Of a stretch of DNA of 64,000 nt, positions 29,772 through 38,199 are shown piece by piece (positions within the stretch are counted from its first letter, which is position 1; every line of letters begins with the position of its first letter). Under the pieces are notes generated by a model, which saw nothing but the letters and a program-made list of their open reading frames with translations, was not told where the DNA came from and ran no database searches. Where the stretch lies: contig JAGCAM010000079.1 of the NCBI GenBank assembly GCA_017652705.1, positions 11,475 to 75,474 on the forward strand, in the 5' to 3' direction. Origin of the DNA: Kiritimatiellia bacterium. GTDB lineage: Bacteria; Verrucomicrobiota; Kiritimatiellia; RFP12; UBA1067. Made by a program: the position numbers and the translations under genes.

Positions 29772-30397
29772 TTGACTTCTCCGTGTGGGATTTTAACCTT
29801 TGCGGGTTGAAAAATCATTTGAAGGCCACTTTCGCCGGCGCAAGGCCGTCGGAACTCGCGGTCAGTTCGGCAGCCCCTTCCGCACTCGATGCCCGCCCCC
29901 GGGTACCAGCGCGAAGCGTGGTTGTAGGTCGAACACGCGACGACGACGTGGTTCGACTTTGCCGCCAGCAGCCCGGTGACGTCCATCCGGAAACTCATGT
30001 AGCCGTAGTCCCAGCCGCCGGCCAGCCGCCAGTTGACGTAGCCTTTCGCGTCGGCCATGACGCCGTCGAATTCAAGGTAGGCTTTGTCGCCGTTCTCGAG
30101 CAGCGCCCAGTCCGCCGCCGGAATGTCGTCCACCCACCTGCGGTACATGTAGGCCCCCTTCCACGGCAGCTTGCCGGTGACCGGCCCGGCCAGGGGGTTG
30201 AACGGGCCTTCGATCGCGGCGTCGTGAGGCACTTCGACCTTTCGCCATCCTTCGGTCGGATCCGCCGCCTGGATGTTGCGCAGGTGGTCGCCGTTCAAGT
30301 CGCGGATGTACAGCCATCCGCCGTCGAGCGGAACCGTGCCCGCACCGGCGGCGAAGACGCCGCCGAGAACGGCGAGCGGAAAAATGATCTTTCGCAT
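29768..30397 (-). CDS. stand-alone GH2 N-terminal sugar-binding domain protein (secreted); possibly a gene remnant
   Basis: 209 aa. Signal peptide, then VEVPHDAAIEGPFNP...YLEFDGVMADAKGYVNWRLAGGWDYGYMSF...RWYPGAGI, a close paralogue of the GH2 N-domain in the giant protein. The frame ends 30 codons after RWYPGAGI with non-GH2 sequence. The stop TGA overlaps the GH3 ATG (ATGA). Confidence 0.55.
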   Translation of the reverse strand: MRKIIFPLAVLGGVFAAGAGTVPLDGGWLYIRDLNGDHLRNIQAADPTEGWRKVEVPHDAAIEGPFNPLAGPVTGKLPWKGAYMYRRWVDDIPAADWALLENGDKAYLEFDGVMADAKGYVNWRLAGGWDYGYMSFRMDVTGLLAAKSNHVVVACSTYNHASRWYPGAGIECGRGCRTDREFRRPCAGESGLQMIFQPAKVKIPHGEVK

Positions 30398-30400
30398 GCC

Positions 30401-33400
30401 TCAGTTCTCGCGGAAGATGAACTTTGAAAAAGCTCCCGGATCGCTGTTGTAGCCGTTGCCGCGCGTATGCAGGCGGGACATCTCGGTGGTGTGCGGGGTT
30501 CGCTTGTTGAGCGGACGGATCGTCTTGTCGCCGCGGCGGAGGCGGATGAAGTTCCCCGTCCAGGACATGCCCCCTGAAGTCGTCGGGTGCACCGCGTCTT
30601 TGTAGAGCGCGATCATCGGCTTGTACGGCACGTAAAGTTCGATGCTCCACGACTTCTCGTTCTTCGCGATCGCGCAGCGGACGCCTTCCGGCCCCTGGGC
30701 CTTCTTGAAGCCGTCGTACCACTCGAACTTGCCGCTCGCGTTGATAATCACGCGGCCGAAAGCGCCGTAGTCGCCGCCGAGGTCGATCAGCGCTTCGACG
30801 CAGTCGTTGACCCAGTAGTTGCCGGTGGGGCCGTCGTTGCAGAGGTTCGCCATGTCGCTTTCGCGGCAGTCCATGCCGAACGTGACTGCGGTCGGCGTCC
30901 ACACCGCGCGTATCGACGTGCCCTCTTTCGGCGTCGTGCCCTCCTTGCGCGCGCCGGTGAACTCCTGCGCTTCGGCCAGCTTCCAGCAAGCGTCGTCGAG
31001 CTTGCCGTCGATCACGGGGTCCTGCGACACTTTCTGCATCATGAGCGGCGCAAAGGCGCTGCCGGCGGCGTATTCGGCCGATTCCTTGAAAAACTGCGTG
31101 AAGCCGCCTTTGTAGTAGGCGATGCGCTTCATGAGCAGCTCGTCGCCGGCGCAGAGCTGCTCTGCCTCGGCGAAGAGCCCCTCCATCCTCAGAACTTCCG
31201 CCCGCGGATAGGAAATCGTGTAGATGTTCCGGTTGTTGACGCGGGAGACCTTCCACTGCCGCTCCCAGCCTGTCTCCTGCAGGCGGACGATCTCGCGCAG
31301 CTGTTTCGCCGCGGGCCCGAACATGCGGTCGGCGAAGGTGTCGTAGACGGAGTCGATGTTCAGCTCGGGGTTCCACAGCAGGCGCATCCAGCAGTAGGCC
31401 GAAAGCACCAGCCGGTCTACCGGGTAACGACCGTTGAGAAAGCTGCCCGCTGTGATTTCGCGCGTGTCGCGGTAGTGGCGCTGGGCCGTCTTGGCGAAGA
31501 TAAACGGCGCCTGGCAGGTCTCCGCCGGCCAGCAGATGTAGTGCCAGTTCTGCACCGGCCGACCCGTCACCCGCGCCCAGTCGCGGATGAGTTGCTCCTG
31601 GAACTCCTTCACCGGCTTCTCCTTCAGCATGGCGAGACCGGGCATCGTGCAGAGAAACGCCTCGACGTTGCCCTCTTCGACGAAGTCCACCCCGTCGGGT
31701 ATGTCGGTCGTGTTGTGGTACGGCAGAATGACTATTTTCCAGCCGGGCAGTTCCTTCTTCGCCCACTTGGCGAGTTCTTTCGTGAAGTAGCCCCAGAGCA
31801 CGTTCGAAAAGCTCACGCGGCTTTCGGCGATGTTCTCCTGCGGGTGTCTGGCGAGTATCGCCTTGCAGTATTTGCAGTTGCAGAAAACGGCGATGTCCCA
31901 CTGCGAAACGGTGATGCACTTCGCCAGCGGTGCGGTGATGTCGCCGCGTGGCGAACCGCTGGCGATTTCGGCGAGGATGCGCTCCTTGTACGTTTCGAGG
32001 GTGCGGGGGTTGCCGTAGCAGAGCAGCGGCATCGTCGCCCGTTTGCCGTCGTCGGTCAGCGCGAAGATTTCCGGCCGCGTGAACATGAAGTTGAGGTTGG
32101 TGTTCCTGTTCCACGCCCCGGGCGCATGCACGTGGTGCTCTCCGCAGTGGCTGTCGCCGTTTTTCCACACCCGGCACCATTCGTTGCCTTCGTACGGCCA
32201 GAGGTCGCGCTTGGCGAAAACCGGCTTGTCGGAGTAACTGAACGCCGGCAGCGAAAGCCCGTATGTTTTCACCACAGTGCGGCCGCCGTTCTTGACGTCC
32301 CAGTATTCGCGCACGGCGAGGGCGCGCTCCGCGAAGTCGGTCGCCGCGTAATCGCACCGCGCGCCGCAAAGGTAGACCGACCCGTCTTTCACGCACACCT
32401 TGAACCCGTGCGCGTCGACGCCCCAGCGCTCGCGCTGGTAGGTGGCGAGCCCCGCGCGGCGCGTCGCCGCTACATCGCCTATGTAGATCGCCGGGGCGTT
32501 GGTGACCGGTCTGCCGCCGCACTCGCGCACGATCCTGAGCCTGGCGCCGGTCATGTCCTCGATCACCGAGGCGATGAACTGCGCGGCGAACTGCCCGTCA
32601 CGCGAATCTTCGCAGACGATGTCCATCGCCGGTATCGAGCCGAGAGCGACGGTCGCGCCGGCGCCGCCCAGCCAGCGGAAATCTTTCACCGGCGTCAGAT
32701 CGCGCGCGTTCACGTTCATCGGGGCGCGCTGCGCATGATAAACCCTGCGGCGGACGTCGTCGACGCGCACCACCGCCCCGCCGCGCTTGCCCGATTCCTC
32801 CGCGGCGGCCATGAGCGCGAAGATCTCGTCGGTTTCCTCGGAAGGGAAAGGCTTCACCCCGGTTTTGAAAAACTTGAGTATCTCCTCGAGCATCGGCGCG
32901 TAACCCTCGTATCCCCCGAGATCGACCACCCCCTTGTCGGCGGTGAACGCCTGGCCGGAGTAATTCCACATCCCGGGCCCGCGCATCATGCGCAGACCGC
33001 CGAATCTGCCGTCGCGCCATCTGACGGCCACGAAATCGTTGCTTTCGTTCGAAAAGCAGCTGACCGATTCGGCACCGACCCCCATCACCGCCACGAGCGG
33101 CTCGAAACCGTGGATGCCGTACCAGGTGAACCGCGAGTGGGTGCGCTCAAGCGGCGAGGGAGCAGCGTAGTTGACGCCGCGCACCACGCCCAGCTCCCCT
33201 TTGCGCGCCGCCTGCACCTTCGAAGTCCACCGCAGCGCGGAACAGCTGAAGAAATTGGCGTTGACCCGGCGCGCCTCGTCGAATATCCGGGTGGCGGACT
33301 GGTAGTCGCTGGCGAGGGGCTTGTCGATGAACACCCGCTTGCCGCTCGCGAAAACCTCCCGCGCCTGGGCCAGATGCTCGCGGCCGTCCTGCGTTTCAAG

Positions 33401-33721
33401 CAGCACCACGTCGCACTTCGCCAGCACGTCTTTGACGCTCGGCTCCATTTCAACGCCCATCTCCTTCATCTGCCCGATGTATTTCGGGTAGTTGTTCGTC
33501 ACCGCGGGTATCGTGCGCGAGCCGTACTTGTACGCGGCCACGACCCGGAAATCTTTGAATATCTCGCGGTCGCGCTTGACGTTGATGTGCCTGGTGAACT
33601 CGGTGGCGTGCGACGTGTCGACGCCGATGACGCCGATCTTGATTTCGCCGGCCGTCGGGGCGGCCGCGGCCGCCGCCGCCGCGAGAAGTGCGATTGAGCG
33701 AAGTGGTCTGTCCATTTTCAT
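30401..33721 (-). CDS. fusion protein: Gfo/Idh/MocA oxidoreductase domain + DUF4838-like domain + CBM9-like domain (secreted)
   Basis: Start chosen at the ATG of MKMDRPLRSIALLAAAAAAAAPTAG (signal peptide; GGAG RBS). Residues ~30-340 carry Rossmann IGVIGVDTSHA and VFIDKPLA (EKP-type) motifs. The rest parallels the 24913..27669 protein (CNCKYCK, NWHYICWP, C-terminal VIDGKLDDACWKLAEA). Confidence 0.7.
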   Translation of the reverse strand: MKMDRPLRSIALLAAAAAAAAPTAGEIKIGVIGVDTSHATEFTRHINVKRDREIFKDFRVVAAYKYGSRTIPAVTNNYPKYIGQMKEMGVEMEPSVKDVLAKCDVVLLETQDGREHLAQAREVFASGKRVFIDKPLASDYQSATRIFDEARRVNANFFSCSALRWTSKVQAARKGELGVVRGVNYAAPSPLERTHSRFTWYGIHGFEPLVAVMGVGAESVSCFSNESNDFVAVRWRDGRFGGLRMMRGPGMWNYSGQAFTADKGVVDLGGYEGYAPMLEEILKFFKTGVKPFPSEETDEIFALMAAAEESGKRGGAVVRVDDVRRRVYHAQRAPMNVNARDLTPVKDFRWLGGAGATVALGSIPAMDIVCEDSRDGQFAAQFIASVIEDMTGARLRIVRECGGRPVTNAPAIYIGDVAATRRAGLATYQRERWGVDAHGFKVCVKDGSVYLCGARCDYAATDFAERALAVREYWDVKNGGRTVVKTYGLSLPAFSYSDKPVFAKRDLWPYEGNEWCRVWKNGDSHCGEHHVHAPGAWNRNTNLNFMFTRPEIFALTDDGKRATMPLLCYGNPRTLETYKERILAEIASGSPRGDITAPLAKCITVSQWDIAVFCNCKYCKAILARHPQENIAESRVSFSNVLWGYFTKELAKWAKKELPGWKIVILPYHNTTDIPDGVDFVEEGNVEAFLCTMPGLAMLKEKPVKEFQEQLIRDWARVTGRPVQNWHYICWPAETCQAPFIFAKTAQRHYRDTREITAGSFLNGRYPVDRLVLSAYCWMRLLWNPELNIDSVYDTFADRMFGPAAKQLREIVRLQETGWERQWKVSRVNNRNIYTISYPRAEVLRMEGLFAEAEQLCAGDELLMKRIAYYKGGFTQFFKESAEYAAGSAFAPLMMQKVSQDPVIDGKLDDACWKLAEAQEFTGARKEGTTPKEGTSIRAVWTPTAVTFGMDCRESDMANLCNDGPTGNYWVNDCVEALIDLGGDYGAFGRVIINASGKFEWYDGFKKAQGPEGVRCAIAKNEKSWSIELYVPYKPMIALYKDAVHPTTSGGMSWTGNFIRLRRGDKTIRPLNKRTPHTTEMSRLHTRGNGYNSDPGAFSKFIFREN

Positions 33722-33876
33722 GACTCCGGTTAGTGGTTGTGGCTGTTCGATTCTCAAAGTCCAGAGCTGCAGACTCTGCCGTTCTGAAAGATATTTGTCG
33801 CGGAAACCGCGGGTGTGAAGCCAGCCTTCGGCGATGTTGGGCTTTTCAACATACCGCTCTCATCGCCGCACCGCCG

Positions 33877-35232
33877 TCAGCCGCGGAACCGCACCGGCGG
33901 CTCCCAGCCTTTCGCGTATTCGTCGCGGCACCACAGCTTCGCGGCAGCCCCTTTGTTCTGCAGCGCACCCGTCTTCGCGTCGAGCCGGATGGTTTCGCCG
34001 GTCGACCACGCCAAATTGGCGGTGTGCGCCATCTGCGTCGTCGCGAGCGACTTGTCCGGACCAGCGAAGCATAGTTTCGGATCCTTCGCGCGGATCGCGT
34101 CCACCCAGTTGCTGACGTGGTCGGTGTCCATGTAGCTCGCGCCGGTCGTGGACTGTATCCACTCGAACGCGCTCTGATCAAGCCACTTGCCGACGAGTTT
34201 GCTCTTGTTGTCGTACTGGAAAACCCCGTCCTGCGGGTGGAAAAGCACCGAACCGCCGGGGCCGAAGAACATGCACCCCGTGCCGATGTCGTGCGGCGCC
34301 TTCACGTTCGTCGACGAGAGGCATTCGAAAGTGATGATGCGCCCGTCGGCGAACTGGTAGCTCGCGTGCTGGGTGTCGGGCCATTCCCAGTCGTCGCCGG
34401 AGTGGAAGCACCTCGCGCCGAGCGAAACCGTCTTCACCGGGTAGTCCACGCCCATGCCCCAGCGGGCGATGTCGAGAAAGTGCGGCGAGTTGTTGCCCAT
34501 CTCGCCGGTGCCCCAGCGGCGGAACCAGTGCCAGTTGTAATGCACGTAATTGTCGTGGAAGTCCGTGCGCGGCGCCGGCCCCTGCCACATTTCCCAGTCC
34601 AGCCACTTCGGCGGGGCGACCTTCTTGCCGACGCCGATCGTCCCGCGGCGGGAGGTGTACCAGCAGCGTGCGTACTTTACATCGCCGATGAGCTCCTTGA
34701 GCCGCGGTATCATCTCGCGGTACACGCGCGAAGCGCGGCGCTGGCAGCCGATCTGCAGCACCTGGCCTGTCTTCTTCCACGTGTCGAGCAGAATCTGCCC
34801 CTCCTCGCCGTTGTAGCTGCACGGCTTCTCGACGTACACCGCCTTGCCCGCGAGCATGGCCATCCACGCCAGCGGCGCGTGCCAGTGGTCGGGCGTCTCG
34901 CAGATGATCCCGTCGATGTCTTTCATCTCGAGGATCTTGCGGATGTCCGTCGTCTGATAGGGCTTCTTGCCGGTGCGCTTCTCGACTTCCGCCACCGCCG
35001 CCGGCATCCCCTCCGGCCGCGTGTCGACGTCGCAGATCGCCGCCACTTCGACGCCGGGCGTCACCGACGCCGCGCGCATCACCCAAATGCCGCGGCACGC
35101 GCCGCGGCAGCCCATGACCGCCACCCGGACCCGGTTCGACGGAGCGCCCGCCCCGATGACGTTCTTCGCCGACGCGATGAAAAACGCGCCCGCCCCGCCT
35201 TTGATGAAGTTCCTTCTGTCCGTCTTGCTCAT
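33877..35232 (-). CDS. TAT-exported Gfo/Idh/MocA oxidoreductase (GH109-like / glycoside 3-dehydrogenase-like)
   Basis: 451 aa. Twin-arginine signal MSKTDRRNFIKGGAGAFF. Rossmann domain, EKP (VYVEKPCS) and a long C-terminal substrate domain as in GH109. Confidence 0.75.
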   Translation of the reverse strand: MSKTDRRNFIKGGAGAFFIASAKNVIGAGAPSNRVRVAVMGCRGACRGIWVMRAASVTPGVEVAAICDVDTRPEGMPAAVAEVEKRTGKKPYQTTDIRKILEMKDIDGIICETPDHWHAPLAWMAMLAGKAVYVEKPCSYNGEEGQILLDTWKKTGQVLQIGCQRRASRVYREMIPRLKELIGDVKYARCWYTSRRGTIGVGKKVAPPKWLDWEMWQGPAPRTDFHDNYVHYNWHWFRRWGTGEMGNNSPHFLDIARWGMGVDYPVKTVSLGARCFHSGDDWEWPDTQHASYQFADGRIITFECLSSTNVKAPHDIGTGCMFFGPGGSVLFHPQDGVFQYDNKSKLVGKWLDQSAFEWIQSTTGASYMDTDHVSNWVDAIRAKDPKLCFAGPDKSLATTQMAHTANLAWSTGETIRLDAKTGALQNKGAAAKLWCRDEYAKGWEPPVRFRG

Positions 35233-35287
35233 TCGATTGCCTCGTTTCCCATGTTGGTTTATGTGATTGAACGCTCCCGTCGCCGCC

Positions 35288-36685
35288 TCACGGCTTCGGC
35301 CAGTACTTGTCGGTGTATTTGGTGGGTATGCCCACTTCGCCCCGCTCGAAATTGTTCGCCAGTATACGCCAGCCGAGGTCCAGCGCGTCGATGAGGTCGA
35401 TGTTCACCGAGAGATCCATCATCTCGCGCTCGAATTCCACGCCGTACTTCAGCAGCTTTTCGTCCCATTCCGACATTTTGAAGCCCATCGACTGCTTTTC
35501 GACCGTTTCCTTGTACTGGGCGTAAAGCTTGATCATCGCGTCCATGATCGTGCGGTGGTCTTCGCGCGTGCAGTTGTTCGCGCGGAACCAATCCTTCTCT
35601 TTCGCCGAATTCTCCCCGGCTTCGGCCTGACCGAGCACCGACCGCTGCAGCGTCGAATACGACTTGCCCTTGTTTACCTGCTGCTTCAGGCGCGACAGCG
35701 AGCCGAAAGGCTCGATGCGCCCGTTTTTGAGGTAGAACTGGCCTTCCGTGATGTAGCCGGTGTTGTCCGGCACCGGGTGGGTCACGTCGTCGCCCGGCAT
35801 CGTCGTCACCGCGAGAATCGTTATCGAGCCCGCGCCTTCGAAATCCACCGCCTTCTCGTAGCGGGCGGCGAGCTGGGAATAGAGATCGCCCGGATACCCG
35901 CGGTTGGAAGGTATCTGCTCCATCGTGATCGCGATTTCCTTCAGCGCGTCGGCGAAGGACGTCATGTCGGTCAGCAGCACCAGCGCGTCTTTGCCGTCGA
36001 GCGCGAACTTCTCCGCCACCGCCAGCGATATGTCGGGCACCAGCACGCACTCCACGGTCGGATCCGCCGCGGTGTGCACGAACATCACCGTCTTCGCGAG
36101 CGCGCCCGATTTGTCGAGGGTGTCGCGGAACTTCAGGTACTCGTCGTGTTTGAGCCCCATGCCGCCGATGACGATCACGTCAGAGTCGGCCTGCAGCGCG
36201 ATGCGCGCGAGCAGCTCGTTGTAGGGCTCGCCGGCGCGCGAGAAAATCGGCAGCTTCTGCGATTTCACCAGCGAGTTGAACAGGTCGATCATCGGTATGT
36301 TCGTGCGCACCATCTCGTGCGGCATCACCCGTTTCGCCGGGTTCACCGACGGCTGGCCGATCGGCGATGGATTCTCGGTTATCTCCGGCCCGCCGTCGCG
36401 CGGCGCCCCCGAACCCGTGAACGCCCGGCCGAGCAGATCGTAGGAAAAGGGAACTTTCATCGTCTCGCCGAGAAACCGCACGCTCGCCGCGGTGTCGACA
36501 CCGCGCGCCCCCGCGAAAATCTGAATCGTCACGTTCGGCCCGTCCAGCTTGATGACCTGCGCAAGCGACGTTCCAGCCCGCGAGACCACCTCCGCTATCT
36601 CGTGGTACTTGACACCCTCCGCGCGGAGCGTCGCCACCGAACCGGCCAGATCGTCTATTTTGTGATAAACAGTGTTGTTGAACAT
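35288..36685 (-). CDS. divergent V-type ATPase subunit B homologue (orphan; no other V/A-ATPase subunit genes adjacent)
   Basis: 465 aa. B-subunit hallmarks with a degenerate P-loop ([16 protein letters not shown] vs canonical GQKLP[VI]FSGSGLPHNE), [10 protein letters not shown] and [22 protein letters not shown] ~35-aa insertion lies near residues 330-365. Flanked by tsaE (upstream) and a GH109-like gene (downstream). Confidence 0.7.
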   Translation of the reverse strand: MFNNTVYHKIDDLAGSVATLRAEGVKYHEIAEVVSRAGTSLAQVIKLDGPNVTIQIFAGARGVDTAASVRFLGETMKVPFSYDLLGRAFTGSGAPRDGGPEITENPSPIGQPSVNPAKRVMPHEMVRTNIPMIDLFNSLVKSQKLPIFSRAGEPYNELLARIALQADSDVIVIGGMGLKHDEYLKFRDTLDKSGALAKTVMFVHTAADPTVECVLVPDISLAVAEKFALDGKDALVLLTDMTSFADALKEIAITMEQIPSNRGYPGDLYSQLAARYEKAVDFEGAGSITILAVTTMPGDDVTHPVPDNTGYITEGQFYLKNGRIEPFGSLSRLKQQVNKGKSYSTLQRSVLGQAEAGENSAKEKDWFRANNCTREDHRTIMDAMIKLYAQYKETVEKQSMGFKMSEWDEKLLKYGVEFEREMMDLSVNIDLIDALDLGWRILANNFERGEVGIPTKYTDKYWPKP

Positions 36686-36691
36686 AGCTTA

Positions 36692-36700
36692 ATTATATCA
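36692..36700 (-). promoter_or_regulatory. extended -10 element TGaTATAAT, 6 nt upstream of the ATG of the V-ATPase-B-like gene (leaderless-type)
   Basis: Minus-strand ttTGaTATAATtaagctATG. Weak -35 TACACA 17 nt upstream. Confidence 0.45.
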
Positions 36701-36866
36701 AAAATCTCCCGCCTTGTGTATCGCGCCGGCGCATGTCGCGGATGTCCGCAACTCGCCCGCGACACATTCTTCGCGTCTTTGCGCACGGAAAAAACGGGGA
36801 ACCTCCAAGGGAGCGCCTGTCCCGGCGGCCCCGGCAAAAGCAGGCGCGGCGATGGCGGCAAACCGG

Positions 36867-37286
36867 TCAGGCGAAGGTGATGCGGCGGCTGTCGCCGAAG
36901 ATGCCGAACGCGACGCGGCGGGCGGAGGAGGGTATGAGAGACCCCGCCCGGTCCGGCCATTCCACCGCCAGAACCGCACCAGCGGCGAGATAATCCTCCC
37001 AGCCGACGGCGAGAACGTCTTCTTCGCCCCCGAGACGGTATAGGTCCATGTGAACGAGCGTAAGACCGTCTTCCGCCGGCGGGTGTTCCTGCACGATGCA
37101 GAACGTCGGGGAAGTTACGCGGCCGCGCACGCGCATCGCCGCCGCCAGCCCCTGTACGAAGGTGGTTTTGCCGGCGCCGAGGTCGCCTTCAAGGCAGACG
37201 ACGTCGCCGGGGCGCAGCCCCGCGGCGAACCGCCGCGCCAGTGCCCAGGTCGCTTCGGGCGACGCGGTCTCAAAGACACCCGTCAA
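36867..37286 (-). CDS. tsaE: tRNA threonylcarbamoyladenosine biosynthesis protein TsaE
   Basis: 139 aa. P-loop GDLGAGKTTFVQG and the TSPTF motif. Confidence 0.85.
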   Translation of the reverse strand: MTGVFETASPEATWALARRFAAGLRPGDVVCLEGDLGAGKTTFVQGLAAAMRVRGRVTSPTFCIVQEHPPAEDGLTLVHMDLYRLGGEEDVLAVGWEDYLAAGAVLAVEWPDRAGSLIPSSARRVAFGIFGDSRRITFA

Positions 37287-38199
37287 CGGAAAGCTCCCTG
37301 AAACAGTATTCGAGGTACCGCGGCGAAAACGCCGAAGAGTGCGGAGTTGTGATGCAGTTGTCGAGCGCGGCGAGTTCGGCGGCGTTGGAACCGAACACCG
37401 GCAGCGTGACCGTGTGCTCGTTTTTTCTGACGTCGAGATACGCCCCGGCGATGCGGCGCGATTTCAGCGCGGCGTACAGCGCTTTTTCGTCGACGGAATT
37501 GCCGCGGCCGACGTTGATCACCACGGCGCGCCGGGGCAGCAGTCTCAGTTTCGCGGCGTCGAGATAATCATCGGTGCCGGTCGTGGACGGCAGCGCCATA
37601 ACCAGCCAGTCGGCGGCGGCGAACGATTTTTCAAGCGCCGCGCCGCGCACGCGGCGCCCGCCGCGGAAGACTCCGTGCGAGGTCACGCCGGTGACGTCCA
37701 CCCCGAGCGCCCCGAGTTTGGCGCCGATCGCCCTGCCGACGTTGCCGTAGCCCACGACAACCGCGCGGGTGCCGGCGACCTCCCGGCATTTGTCGGAGAG
37801 CTCCACCCTCGGCCACGGTTTACGGAGTTCGGGACGGAAAAAACCGTGCGCCCAGGCGAGAACGAACGCGGCGACCGATTCAGCCATGATCGCGCCATGG
37901 AAATGGCCGAAATGCATTTTCACGCGGTCGGGAGCCGATGACGGCAGCAGTTCGCGGCCGGCTGCCGGCGTGGCGAGCAGCACGAGACGCGGCGCGAGCC
38001 CGAACCATTCTTCCCGGAAGTTCCAGACGATCGCGTGGGTCGCTTCGGGCAGACGGCGCAGGAATTCGCGTTCGCCCCTCACCCTGACCACGCGCCCGCG
38101 TCCGCCGACGAGAGACTGCAGAACCGCGAGCGAAGCCGCATTGACGCGGAAGCATTTCTCCGGCCATTCCAGCCACACGAGATAGACGTTATTCGTCAA
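37270..38199 (-). CDS. D-isomer-specific 2-hydroxyacid dehydrogenase family protein
   Basis: 309 aa. NAD-binding GYGNVGRAIGAKLGALG, the catalytic region and a C-terminal TPHSSAFS. Confidence 0.75.
   Translation of the reverse strand: MTNNVYLVWLEWPEKCFRVNAASLAVLQSLVGGRGRVVRVRGEREFLRRLPEATHAIVWNFREEWFGLAPRLVLLATPAAGRELLPSSAPDRVKMHFGHFHGAIMAESVAAFVLAWAHGFFRPELRKPWPRVELSDKCREVAGTRAVVVGYGNVGRAIGAKLGALGVDVTGVTSHGVFRGGRRVRGAALEKSFAAADWLVMALPSTTGTDDYLDAAKLRLLPRRAVVINVGRGNSVDEKALYAALKSRRIAGAYLDVRKNEHTVTLPVFGSNAAELAALDNCITTPHSSAFSPRYLEYCFRELSVDGCL

Noticed and set aside
36734-36764. 8-bp inverted repeat (tgtcgcgg...ccgcgaca) downstream of tsaE as a terminator of the long nadC-to-tsaE operon.
   Set aside because: The 15-nt loop and lack of a following U-tract make it a weak intrinsic terminator. 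It could equally be incidental in GC-rich DNA.
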